The notes under the pieces: model-generated
The model's input: the letters and a program-made list of their open reading frames with translations, nothing else
The model's database searches: none
What the model was told of the DNA's origin: nothing
Made by a program: the position numbers and the translations under genes
Source: Atractiella rhizophila
Taxonomy: Eukaryota
NCBI GenBank assembly: GCA_021432655.1
Contig: MU271294.1
Coordinates: 10,106 to 74,105 of the forward strand
Direction: 5' to 3'
Length of the DNA stretch: 64,000 nucleotides
Shown: positions 39,571 through 50,803 of the stretch, piece after piece
Numbering within the stretch: position 1 is the first letter of the stretch
How the letters are laid out: each line of letters begins with the position of its first letter

Positions 39571-41905
39571 AGGGTGGACATCGGAAGGAAAGGAAGACAG
39601 GCTACTGGTGCGTCTTGCGCGTTGGGAACTCGGCGCGTCCCGAATTTGATCTGTGAAGCGAAAGGCTTTTCGGTTAGTCATCCAAAACTAACCCTGCCAC
39701 TTGGCTGGCAGTCTTTCATCTCCTCCGCCTCCGCAAGCAGCCACTAGTACGCCGTCGCTGAACGTCCTCCATCGTCTCTCGATCTCCGAGTCCGCCGCCC
39801 TCCCCTCTTTCTGCCTCTGAGCCACCCGTTTTTTTCATGCAGTCCCACGCCTCACATCCTCACCTCTTTGCGTCTCGCTGGTCTCCTTCACTGTTGCTGG
39901 TTCTGGCGTCACTCTCCTGTCTCAGCCTCCTTCGTCATACCCTCCGGCTCCTCTCTCCTCCAGTCCACTTTCACATCAGCTATCCTCCAAAGTCCTCTTT
40001 TGCTGATGGACCCTTCCTAGACTACGGGTGATGGACTTGGCCTCTCTCCCCCTGCAACCCCGTCCCGCCTCAGCACTGCTCGACGCTCCCAGCGTCCTGA
40101 CTTACCTTCACTGCCAGGCTACGAAGCGAGAGAGCAGTTAGAGGGAAGCAGGAAGCGCCGCCCCCCTGCACCAGTCTCAATACCTCCGTCCGACCTATCC
40201 CACTTCCCACAATCTTGCCACCCCTCTCGCCACTCTCGCTCCAGCATCCCTCTCTCCCCACACCCCCGCCCCGCCGACATCCATCATCCTCCGCTCCTCC
40301 AGCGACCTTTCTGTTCTCCGAAATGAACGCCGAGGCCAAGTTGGAGGTCGGATCGCGAAAGTAGAAGATGGAGCTCATACAGCGGGTCGGGGATTAAGCC
40401 TGGGCATGGGAGAGGCATGACAAGTTTTCTCTCACCCACAGTTGGCCTCTGGTTTCGCCTCACTCTCTAACATCCTCAAGCCCGCTTCAGCCGTCCCTCG
40501 ACTCTAAGCAACTTACGTCACCGTAGACATTGCAAGTCAACCGTGAACCGTTAGGGGTTATGATGGCGAAGGAGGAGGACTGTGGCTCAGATGCGGCGGA
40601 AAGGAGGTCAGAAAGAAGTCCCTGCCAACCCATTCGCCCAGCCCGCTCGTGCCGCCGTCTTTCGCCGCCTCGCCCTTCTCTGGCCCTTCACTATTTTGTA
40701 TTCCCCCCTCCACCAATCCCTTCCACCTTCTCTCGCAAAATAGGCATCTAAAATCAACCCACATGCTGAAAATGGTGGATAGGGGGTACGAATTCGGTCG
40801 GTCGGTGATCCCAAAAGGACGTGAGAAGGACCGTTCCGGCGTCTCTTCTACTCCTTTTCGACCTCTGCCATCTCTCTTTGCTGCACTTAGCCTCTGCGCC
40901 AAGGTTCGCCTTTCATTCGCACTCCGCCAACCCCTCTGCCTTTTTCGCACGCTAGCCTGGTTAGGACTTTTCTTTCTGCTGTCAGGATATTCCCTTTCTC
41001 CCTCTCTTTCCTTGCCACAAGTGCCCTAACTGACATGTGCACTCGGCCCATTACTCCGTTTTCTGCTCGTCTCACTCCACGTCCTTTCGCACTCCACTGT
41101 CGCTCATGGGCTGCATCAAGCCGTGAGCGCTCGGAAGTCATACGTCGAACGCGGACTTGAGGTTGAATGTCGAATAGCACGGGGGGCAGATGTGACAAGC
41201 GGATGTCAGATGGCCGCGTCGCACTTTCTTCACACCTCTGTTCGGACTCCCTCGCCATCTCGCCATCCTATGCCTGTCCTGTGTTCCACGACGCCGTCGT
41301 ATTCTCTCCTCGACCTCACCCTGTTCCACTCTGTCTCACACTCCGTTGATCACCTTCGACCGACGCTTGCTTCGTGACATCGAGGTCGACGATGTAACGG
41401 CTCATCGAGAAAGAGGATCGCAAGGGGGACTGTTTAGTCAAGGACCACAACTAACAGTCTGCGTTGGCCCAGCTCTCGGGCCCTGAAACCTCTGTCTTCC
41501 CTCCTGACTCGAACATCACCGATGTTCTCGCTGAGATGCAAGCGAGCTCCCCTACCACCTCCGCCAGCCTGATTGCCGACTACCCACCATGGTTCTCCCA
41601 GGCTTATGTAGCCTTCCTCTCGCATTCGGATTATTAGGGAACGAAGCATCATTATCAGAGCGTACTGCTCTAGCTCTCGTTTGAAAGTGTAATTTAGGTA
41701 CTAATATTGCAAAGTATTTCAGTTCATTTACACATTTCCTGTGGCAGTATGAGGTAGTCAAGTGCCCGAGCTAAAGCCTTCAACGTCCGGACGCCCGCTT
41801 CCACCAACACTATCCTAACGTGAATCTGTGCTAATTGCAACAGTCGCCTAATCCACCGTCTCCCACGAACAGTTTTGCGATCTCCATCCTCACGATCGTG
41901 ATGTG

Positions 41906-43767
41906 ATGTCTGATCATTGCGCGGAGAACATCGAGATGGTTGGACAACTCGCGGATGAGCTGCAGGCATGATATGATCTTTTCCCTTCTCTTTGTCCGTT
42001 TAACATGAATTCGTGGTCTTAGTCCAGCATGTTATCTCCCAGAATGAAAGAAAGAACATTGATTTCACAGGAGGATGATCATGGAACACAGTCAATCGCA
42101 CGGGTCCCACGGGTCCATCTCATCACCGCAGTAACCCTACGACATGGCAGTCTGCTACATCTATCCATTCTTCCCTCTTTCCTTTCTCGCCTACCTGCAT
42201 CAACTCACATGCTCCGGATCACATTTGTCTTGCCTCTTGAATTCTGGAGCGAGGATTATGGGCCATCGAAATCATCCTACTTCTCTTGGCAGGTCTCGGA
42301 AATGAAGTCGAACCCGACGGTACAGCGATTCTTTGCATCGCGTTGGAGGAGGAAAGTATTGCGGTGACTTTCGAGGATGCCAAATATCTTGCATCCGTGG
42401 ATATGGATGACCTGGACGTGCTGCCCTTCACATGCACATTTCACCTTCCAGATAATCGCTCTGAGGCCATCTTCGACCCCGTCGCCATATACTCCGGGGA
42501 GCAACAGTGTTTCATTCCTCTCAGCGAATGGGAGGAATCAACCATCCCATCCACCGGTCTAGGGACCACCATCCAACTCTCGCTCTCCCCACCGCAAGTT
42601 CCAGGGATAAGTCCCTGCACAATCACAAAGCTACCTCCTGAGACCCTCTCTCTCGTCTTCGATTTCCTTTCATTCAACGAAAATCGAGAGCTCATCGAAG
42701 GTGGTGAGGAACTCCTCATTTCCTTCGAGCGACTCTCTGCCGTCTGTCAGCTTTGGAAGGCTGTTTCAGTCCCATATTTGAGTGAATATGTTTCTATGAA
42801 GGAGATGCATGCTCGTTTGACAGCTTATCCTAATGCTGGGTATTTGTGGAGATCCCTATGGTTTAAGGAGGACTATGATGTCAGCGTTGAGATGGCGAAA
42901 GACATCATCGCTGGCTCGCCGAACGTTACGGACATGTACATGGATGCATTTTGGAATGAAGAGGAGGCGAAGATTGTGTTGCATGCGATTGAAAGCTTGA
43001 CGAAGTTGGGTTCTGTAGCCTTTGGAGGGGAAGGTTCGAGAAAGTGGAAGAAGGCTGAGGTCGAGAATATCATGTGGAGGATGGGTGACAGGATCAGATT
43101 CTTCTATGCTTACGATGTGGAGGACTCTGCCTCGTCGACATCACCAGGCCTTCAATTATCATCTGACCTCGATAGCTTAGAGCTTCACACATACCCGCCT
43201 CTCCCATCGCTCTCTCTCCCACACACCCTCACATGGCTGAATCTCTCCAATCTGTGTCCCCTCCCTCCCTCCGTCTCAAGCTCCTGTCTACCGCCTCTTC
43301 TAGATCATCTCAAGGTCACGCTCGCCCCCTACTCGCCTGATGGAAAGATCTCCATCCTCGCCAAACCGCTCAACCTATCACACCTCAAACGTCTCACATA
43401 CCTCGAACTCGACGGTGGTGAGGAAACTTCAAACCTCGTTTCCCCCCAGTTCTTCCACACCCTCACAAATGCAAAAGCGATAAGACACATAGATGTTCGG
43501 TACTGTGTGGTGCACTGGCAATTCACAGGGTTCGTATTCTCAGATTTCATCTGCTGGTTCTTTGGGGCCAGGGGGGTGAAGGAGGAGGGGGATACGGTGG
43601 ATGGAGCTGAAAAGGTGAAGACGACGAGAGGACGCCGGTTGAGGATTGCGCTATTCTTTGGAGGGTGGCTTGAGGAAGAGATATGCAAGGCTAGGAGCGC
43701 ACTGAAAGAGTTTGGTGTGAGCGACGAGAATGAATACATATGGGTTAAGGAGGGTGGGGAGGAGTGA
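41906..43767 (+). pseudogene. F-box/LRR-like copy 5, frameshifted (1-nt deletion at ~42287); GC-AG intron 41966-42022
   Basis: TTCTCTTGGCAGG here vs TTCTCTCTGGCAGG in copy 4 splits the gene into ORFs 42029-42367 and 42286-43767. Otherwise intact, so a sequencing error is possible. Confidence 0.75.
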
Positions 43768-44439
43768 TGTTGGAGATACTCAGATTTCACTCGTTCCAGA
43801 GAAGATACGAGAAGAAGGTGCGTGGTTCGAATCCCTCTCCATCGAACACAGCATTGAAATGGGTGACAGGAACAGGGCTGGACTTCGTTCGGGACAATGC
43901 CATCCTTCCATCCGTTCCCCACACTGCACCTCATAAAGGTCACCTCCCTCGTGCTCGATGGTTATCAGCAATCTTACAACCCCGGCTGCACCGAGTCTGT
44001 CCTGGTAAAGGTCATAGTTATTTCGTACCGCGTGGAGTGAGTCAGTCTCCCAGTGTTTATTTGTGGGTTCACGATGGATGGGAAGAAGTAGAATTGCTGT
44101 TGATGATTATTTCATTTCCTTGAGGAAGCTTCAGGGCATGGGAGACCGGGTTTCTGAGGAGGACGCTAGCTATGTGTATTACGGATGTCTTTTCTCATGC
44201 AAACAATTCTACTGATTCCCTGTAAAAGCGCCGAAGACATCAAGTTCCGTCCAAAATGTGCCACAATGTAAAAAAGCCCTTCACATTTTGAGTCCTGCCT
44301 GAGTTGTTCTTACGGTTGACGACGACTTGTGCATTCGATGATGGAGGGGGTCTTTATCGCGTCCTCCTCATCCTCTCTCTTCACGTCCTAGGGCGAACCA
44401 TCGTCATTAGGTTTCAACTTTGTGACATTAAGGCAGCAG

Positions 44440-45520
44440 AGAAGAGAGTTGGCAAGTCTTTATTGTCTTAAAGATGCGAATTGCATCCCTGAACTTGAGG
44501 CGATGTGTGATGAGCGGCTCAGCAGTCTACGAGGGCCGCTAGCGAACAAATCATTTGCTTACTCATAACACTCGCTCTGTATTCATCGAGCAAATCAATA
44601 ACTACGAAGCGTCAGAACAACATTATAGTGCAAAACGTAGGAGGGAGGACTGAACTGAAAGAACCTTGAGGGTCACCTCTTTCGTGAGGATAGCAGTGAC
44701 GGGCGCCTGGAACGAACTCGGTGCCCATTCCCACTTAGACGCATGTTCCGCCATCCTTGACAAGTTAGACGGTCTGAATGCACGCCTGTTCTCGGAACGG
44801 AAACGTCAGACAGGACGCGCATGAGAGAGGTTAGAGGTCGACACACGTTTGGGAGGAACAAAAGTCTCCAACCTCACGTACTTGTTTGCGAAAGCTAGCC
44901 TACGCTCCTAAATATCGACAACTTTATCCTTCAACTACCAAACGGTTTCGTGACTGCCTGTGCGAGTAGCACTCTTGGATCGGCTATTCACAACACAAGT
45001 TGGTGCGTATTGCGTTTTTATTCGAAGGGTATAAGAGAAAGGTAGGGAGATAAACCCGACGAAGGTAAAGTTCAACCTTCAACTTTGCTTTCATACTCCG
45101 ATACGTGTTAGGCTTTGAAGGATCACGGAGAGCGGTTCGATCATGGAACCCTTCATCTACGGAGACGTTCTGTTATCACACCTGCAGTCCGTTATACGAC
45201 ATATTTGGCGAGAGTAGGGGACCTGGAACGTACATCGGGAAATCTGTAGGCTCTGTCATAACGGACCAGATAAGTCAGCGTTTGGAGAGCGGAGGGGTAT
45301 TGTAAAATAATATACAAGTCTTGCCATAGTCTGTAGTCTCGCAGCGAGCGCCCTGCCAACCAATCAAGTCAGCACGAAGTTGTGTACCACGAAAAGGAGA
45401 GAGAAGGAAGAGGGAAAGTTCACGGAAGGAAAAGTAGCGGGGAATTCGATGAAGGGACAGAGCTCGCACCTTCCCGCATTGGATTCGTAGCACATCCTAC
45501 ATGACTCTCCGCACTCGAGG
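44440..45520 (-). pseudogene. Sorbitol/xylitol dehydrogenase pseudogene F (paralog of C, internally deleted)
   Basis: ECGESCRMCYESNAGRCELCPFIEFPAT and a degenerate GMG motif. Region 44900-45560 resembles 29880-30520. Confidence 0.7.
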
Positions 45521-45639
45521 TGGATACGGTCTCCTCGAAACTCACCTCAACTCTCTGCCCGTATATACATGGCACATGAAGGAGCGGTAACATACCGCCT
45601 AAGACACACGAGCGCCTACTCCCGGCTCACAAAATGTTG

Positions 45640-46770
45640 TGCTGGGATGTCGAGGTTGGAACGGGGAACGAGACCTATTCTCCTGGTCCACACCTCCCGT
45701 AATGTCTACAGGGAGGTCGATACCCTCCAATCCGTAGTATGCAACCTTGAACTCCTCTTCATGATCCTCGCGGTCGTCCTCGAGTACGCTATCCTCTGCT
45801 CTCCCTCCTTCGCAAAACCACAAACGCAAAAACACGACGGTCAAAAAGAAAAGGAAACATGAGACAAGTCATGCATAAGAGACGTTAGAGTTGGACGCAC
45901 GTTTGGGGAGCATGAACTTCGATCCCACGCCTTTGTTCGCCAAAGTGATCCTACCACTCTTGAATCTCGACGGCGATTATCGTTCTAGCGGCAAAGGCCT
46001 TCGCCACCGCCTGTGCGACGGTTCCTACAGATCAGCTCTTCACAACACCGTTAGTATTGTTTTCTTTTACCGGTGGAGGAGGAGAAGGGCGAGGAAGATG
46101 GACCCGCAGATGGCGACGTTCAGCCCAGCTTTCATCCATTGATACGTCCCAGGCTTTGAACAGCCACGGAGAGCGGTTCGACCATCGCTCATTCTTCTAG
46201 GAAACGTTCCGTCCAGTCGGTGTTGTTTTACAAGATAATCCCTGCCAGCAGGGAATCGAAAGCACATCCGGAAGTGTAGGCGCTTCCACTGCACACATGA
46301 TAAGTCAAAGTTGGCGATTGGAGAGAGGAATAGACGGGAGGGACAGATCGTACAGGTCGCCTTGGAGCTTGTAGACCCGCGGAGAGTTTCGTCCTGCCAT
46401 CCAATGAGTTAGAACCCAAACATGTACCACAGAAGGAAGAGGAATACTCACGAAAGGCGGGGTCACGACGAACTTGATGGAAGGGCATAGCTCATACCTT
46501 CCCGCCTTGCAGTCATGACATGTCCTAAGAGTCTCTCTCTGGGCGCAAATGCGACGCGATCTCCCTTCTTGAGTGATGACTTTGTGTCAAACGATGTTCA
46601 TTTTCTTTAGCAAGCGAGACGAGAGAGGAGAGGTGGAGACGTACCAGCAGCGACTATTGCAGTTTCGTGACTCTAGACGATGCTGTAGGATCTTGATAAT
46701 GGCATCTGCGATCTTGCCCATGCACAGACATTGGTACCACAGATGTTGTTGCGTGGATCCTGCATCCATT
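45640..46770 (-). pseudogene. Sorbitol/xylitol dehydrogenase pseudogene G (5' two-thirds)
   Basis: GKIADAIIK and KKGDRVAFAP, then a frameshift to RTCHDCKAGRYELCPSIKFVVTPP, the clearest structural-Zn loop among the remnants. Confidence 0.8.
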
Positions 46771-47602
46771 CTTTTGCAAGTCGAACATAGGAAAGAAAGG
46801 AAGACTGAGTGGTGTCTCGTGAGATCCTTGCTTGCGCATCATTGGGAACGCGGCGCGTCGCGAATTTGACCCGTGAAAGCGAATTTTCGGTCATCAGAAA
46901 TGGCCTAACTGCTCCAGCTCCTCACCAGCTCCTTTATCTCTTCCCCCCGCCGCAAGCCGTCACTAGTACACCGTCTCCGAACATCCTCCATCGGCTTTCG
47001 ATCTCCGTGTCCGCCGCCCTTCCCGCTTTCTCGGTCTGAGCTAGCCGTTTCTTTCATCAGCCCCATGCCTCACCTCGCTTGCGTCTCGCTGGTCTCCTTC
47101 ACTGTGGATAGTGCTGGTGTCCCTCTCCTGTCCCAGCCTCCTTCGGCATCCCCTCCGGCTCCTCTCCCCTCCACACTCCTCTTTCCGAGTCACCTCAGGC
47201 TGTCCTCCACCGTCCTCTGTTGCAGATGTGCCGTTCCTAGACTACGGGTGATGAAGGTGGTACGAACCGAAATACTTGGAGAGCTGGTGACAGAGCAGGC
47301 TCGACAGGGGGGGGGCGCAGGGAGTGGAGACGGTAGCGAGGGTGTGCGCAAGTGATGAATGGACAAGTGCAATTAGCGCGAAGAAGGGAAGAAGGGAAGG
47401 AATAAGATGCATTGCCAACAGAATGTTGCATAGTGGAAGGCGAAGTGTGACAAAGATCGAAGGGACAGAGTGGTACAAGAGAAGAGGTGACCGTCTCGTC
47501 CCCTCTCCCTCTGTTTGCATTTGCGTTTACTGACATAGGTATTAGGTTTCTCTCCCGTCACCCTAGTAGCCATCGCCCCCTCTCCCCCTGCAACTCCGTC
47601 GC

Positions 47603-47810
47603 NNNNNNNNNNNNNNNNNNNNNNNNNNNNNNNNNNNNNNNNNNNNNNNNNNNNNNNNNNNNNNNNNNNNNNNNNNNNNNNNNNNNNNNNNNNNNNNNNN
47701 NNNNNNNNNNNNNNNNNNNNNNNNNNNNNNNNNNNNNNNNNNNNNNNNNNNNNNNNNNNNNNNNNNNNNNNNNNNNNNNNNNNNNNNNNNNNNNNNNNNN
47801 NNNNNNNNNN
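47603..47810. other. Assembly gap (208 N)
   Basis: Run of N within repeated spacer sequence. Confidence 1.
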
Positions 47811-49309
47811 CCACTCCCTATAATCCTCGCCACGACTCTCGCCTCTCTCGCTCCAGCATCCCTCTCCCCACACCTGCCCCTGCCAACATCCATCATCCTC
47901 CGCTCCTCCAGCAACCTTTCTGTCCTCCTTAATGAAAGCCGGGCCGAGTTGGCGGCCGCATCGCGAAAGTAGAGGACGTAGCTGACACAGCTGGTCGAGA
48001 TTGAGCCTGGACATCGGAGAAGCATGGTATGCTTTCTCTCACCCACAGTGGCCCTCTCGTTTCCGCGCTCTCTGACATCCCCAAGCCCGTTTTAGCCCTC
48101 TCTCGACTCTAGGGAACTTGCTTCACCGTAGACATCGCAATTCAACCGCGAAGCGTAGTAAGGCGCGTGATGGCGAAGGAGGTGGATTGTGGTTCAGATG
48201 GAGTCAGGAAGGAGGTCAGAAAAGAAGTCTCTGCCAACCCATTCGCCCATCCCACTCGAGCCGCCGTCTTTCGCCGCCTCACCCTTCTCTGGCCCTTCAC
48301 TATTGGCTATTCCCCCCTCCACCAATCCTTCCACCTTCTCTCGCAAAATGGGCATCTAAAATCAACCCAAAGCATGAGAGTCACATCAAATGGTGAAAAT
48401 GGTGGACAGAGGGGACGAATTCGGTCGGTGATCGCAGAAGGACGTGAGAAGGACCGTTGCGGCGTCTCTTCTACTCCTTTTCGACCTCTGCCATCTCTCT
48501 TTGCTGCACTTAGCCTCTGCGCCAAGGTTCGCCTGTCATTTCGCATTCCGCCAACCCCTCTGCCTTTTTCGCACGCTAGCCTCGTTGGGGCTTTCCTTTC
48601 TGCTGGCAGTGTATTCCCTTTCTCCCTCTCTTTCCTTGCCGCAAGTGCCCTAACTGACATGCGCACTAGGCCCATACCTCCGTTTTCTGCTCTTCTCACT
48701 CCACGTCCTTTCGCACTCCACTGTCGCTCATGGGCTGCATCAAGCCATGAGCGCTCGGAAGTCAGACGTCGAACGTGGACTTGAGGTTGAATGTCGAATA
48801 GCAGGGAGGGCAGATGTGACAAGGGGATGTCAGATGGCCGCGTCGCACTTTCTTCACACTTCTGTTCGGACTCCCTCGCCATCTCTCACCCTGCTATGCC
48901 TCTCCCATGTTCCATGCCGCTTCTCTCTCCCACCTCATCCTGCGTCTTCCATCCCACTCCGGCTCGCACTCCATGGATTACCTTCCACTGGCGCTTGCTT
49001 CGTGACACCAAGGTCAACAATGAAATACCTGATGAAGAAAGAGGAGTGCAATGGGGACAGTGTTGGATCATGGGCCACAAGAGAATGTCTAGGTCGGCCG
49101 CTCTCTCATGCTCCTAAACGTCTGCCCTCTGACCCTCTTGTCTCCCACTCCTGACTCGAACATCACCTATATTCTCGCTGAGATGCAAGTGACTTCCGCT
49201 CCGTCTGCCATCCTGTTGCTAACTGCCCTATCTCTCCCAGCCCTATCTAGCCTTTCCTCTTACAATCAGATCATTACCGATGAAGCATCAATATCAGAGC
49301 ATTCTGCTC

Positions 49310-49911
49310 TGGCTCTCATTTGAATTGCATTGTAATTTAGGTACTAGTATTGCAAACGATTTCTTACATATGTGACCTCCTGTGGCACTATCTGGTAGTC
49401 AAATGCTTGAGAACTAAACCTTCACTGTCCGGACCCCACTTCCACCCAACACCATTCTGATCTGTCCTAATCGCAACGGTCGCCTAATCCATCGACTCCC
49501 ACGAACAGTTTTGCGATCTCCATCCTCACGATCGTGGTGTCTGATCATCGCGCCGAGCGAGAAATGGCTGGACAACATGCTGATGCGAGACGCTCTTCTC
49601 CCTTCTCTTTGTCCGTTTAACATGAATTCGTGGTCTTTAGTCCAGCATGTTATCTCGCAGAATGATTTCACAGGCGGATGATCAGGGAACAGAGTCAATC
49701 GCACAGGTCCATCTCATCACCCCAGTAAGGCCACGACATGGCAGTCTGCTTCATCTATCCATTCTTCCCTCTTTCCTTTCTCGCCTACCTCCGTCAATTC
49801 ACACGCTCCGGATCACATTTGTCTCATCCCTTCGATTCTGGAGGTTCAATTATGGGGCCGCGACATCATCGAACTTCTCCCTGGCAGGTCTCCAAAATGA
49901 AGTCGAACCAG
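49310..49911 (+). pseudogene. Aborted F-box/LRR unit: promoter plus N-terminal ~88 codons, then deletion into spacer
   Basis: ORF 49647 matches paralogs up to SLAGLQNEVEP, then switches to spacer sequence homologous to ~34402 (cagtcccactccacctcc). The GC donor is also lost. Confidence 0.75.
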
Positions 49912-50803
49912 TCCCACTCCACCTCCTATCGCACTCCACCGGCCCACCCGCCTCCACCAAGCCCGTGGCTCAGAAGTTGGACTCGGAGTGGAGGTTGAAC
50001 GTTCGAAAGCGAAAGGGGGAGGAAGAAGTGATAACGAGTCCATAGTCAAGATGGGATGTCGGAGATACGCATCACACTTTGTCTCGTCGTTACGTTCGCA
50101 CTCCCTTGCCATCCCTCGTCATCCTATGCCTTCCTCGTGTCCCCATGCCGCCGTCCTACTCCCTCTCCCACCCCATCCCCTCCTTCTGTTGCACTCTGGC
50201 TTGCACTTCATGGCTCCTTTTCCACCGACGCTTGCTTCATGACATTGAGGGCAACAACGAAATGGCTGATGGAGAAAGAGGAGGGCAAAGTGTGCAGTGT
50301 TGCATCAGGGACCACAAGTGGACATCTAGGTTGGCCCTTCCTCATGCTCCTGAGCCTCCTCCTCCATCCCTCTTGTCTCCCGCTAATGACTCAAGTGTCA
50401 TCTATGTTCTCGCAAATTGTTTCTTCTGCCTCCTCTGTCATCCAGATAGGCAACTGCCGTCCATAACTGTCCCCGCCTATCTAGCCTTCCTTCTCACAAT
50501 CAGATCATTACGGGATGAAGCATCAATATCAGAGCGTTCTGCACTAGCTCTCGTTTGATTTGCAGTGTAATTTAGGTACTATATTGCAAAGGACTTTTAC
50601 ATATTTTAGGACTTCCTGTAGCACTATCTAGTAGTCAAGTGCTAGAGAACTAAAGCCTTCAACGTCCGGACGCCAACTTCCACCAACACCATCCTAATCC
50701 GTCCTAATTGCAACGATCGCCTAATCCATCGACTCCCACGAACAGTTCCGGGATCTCCATCCTCACGATTGTGCTGTCTGATCATTGCCCCGAGAACGTC
50801 GAG

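Noticed and set aside
47373..48046. ORFs containing X runs
   Set aside because: Artefacts of the N gap.
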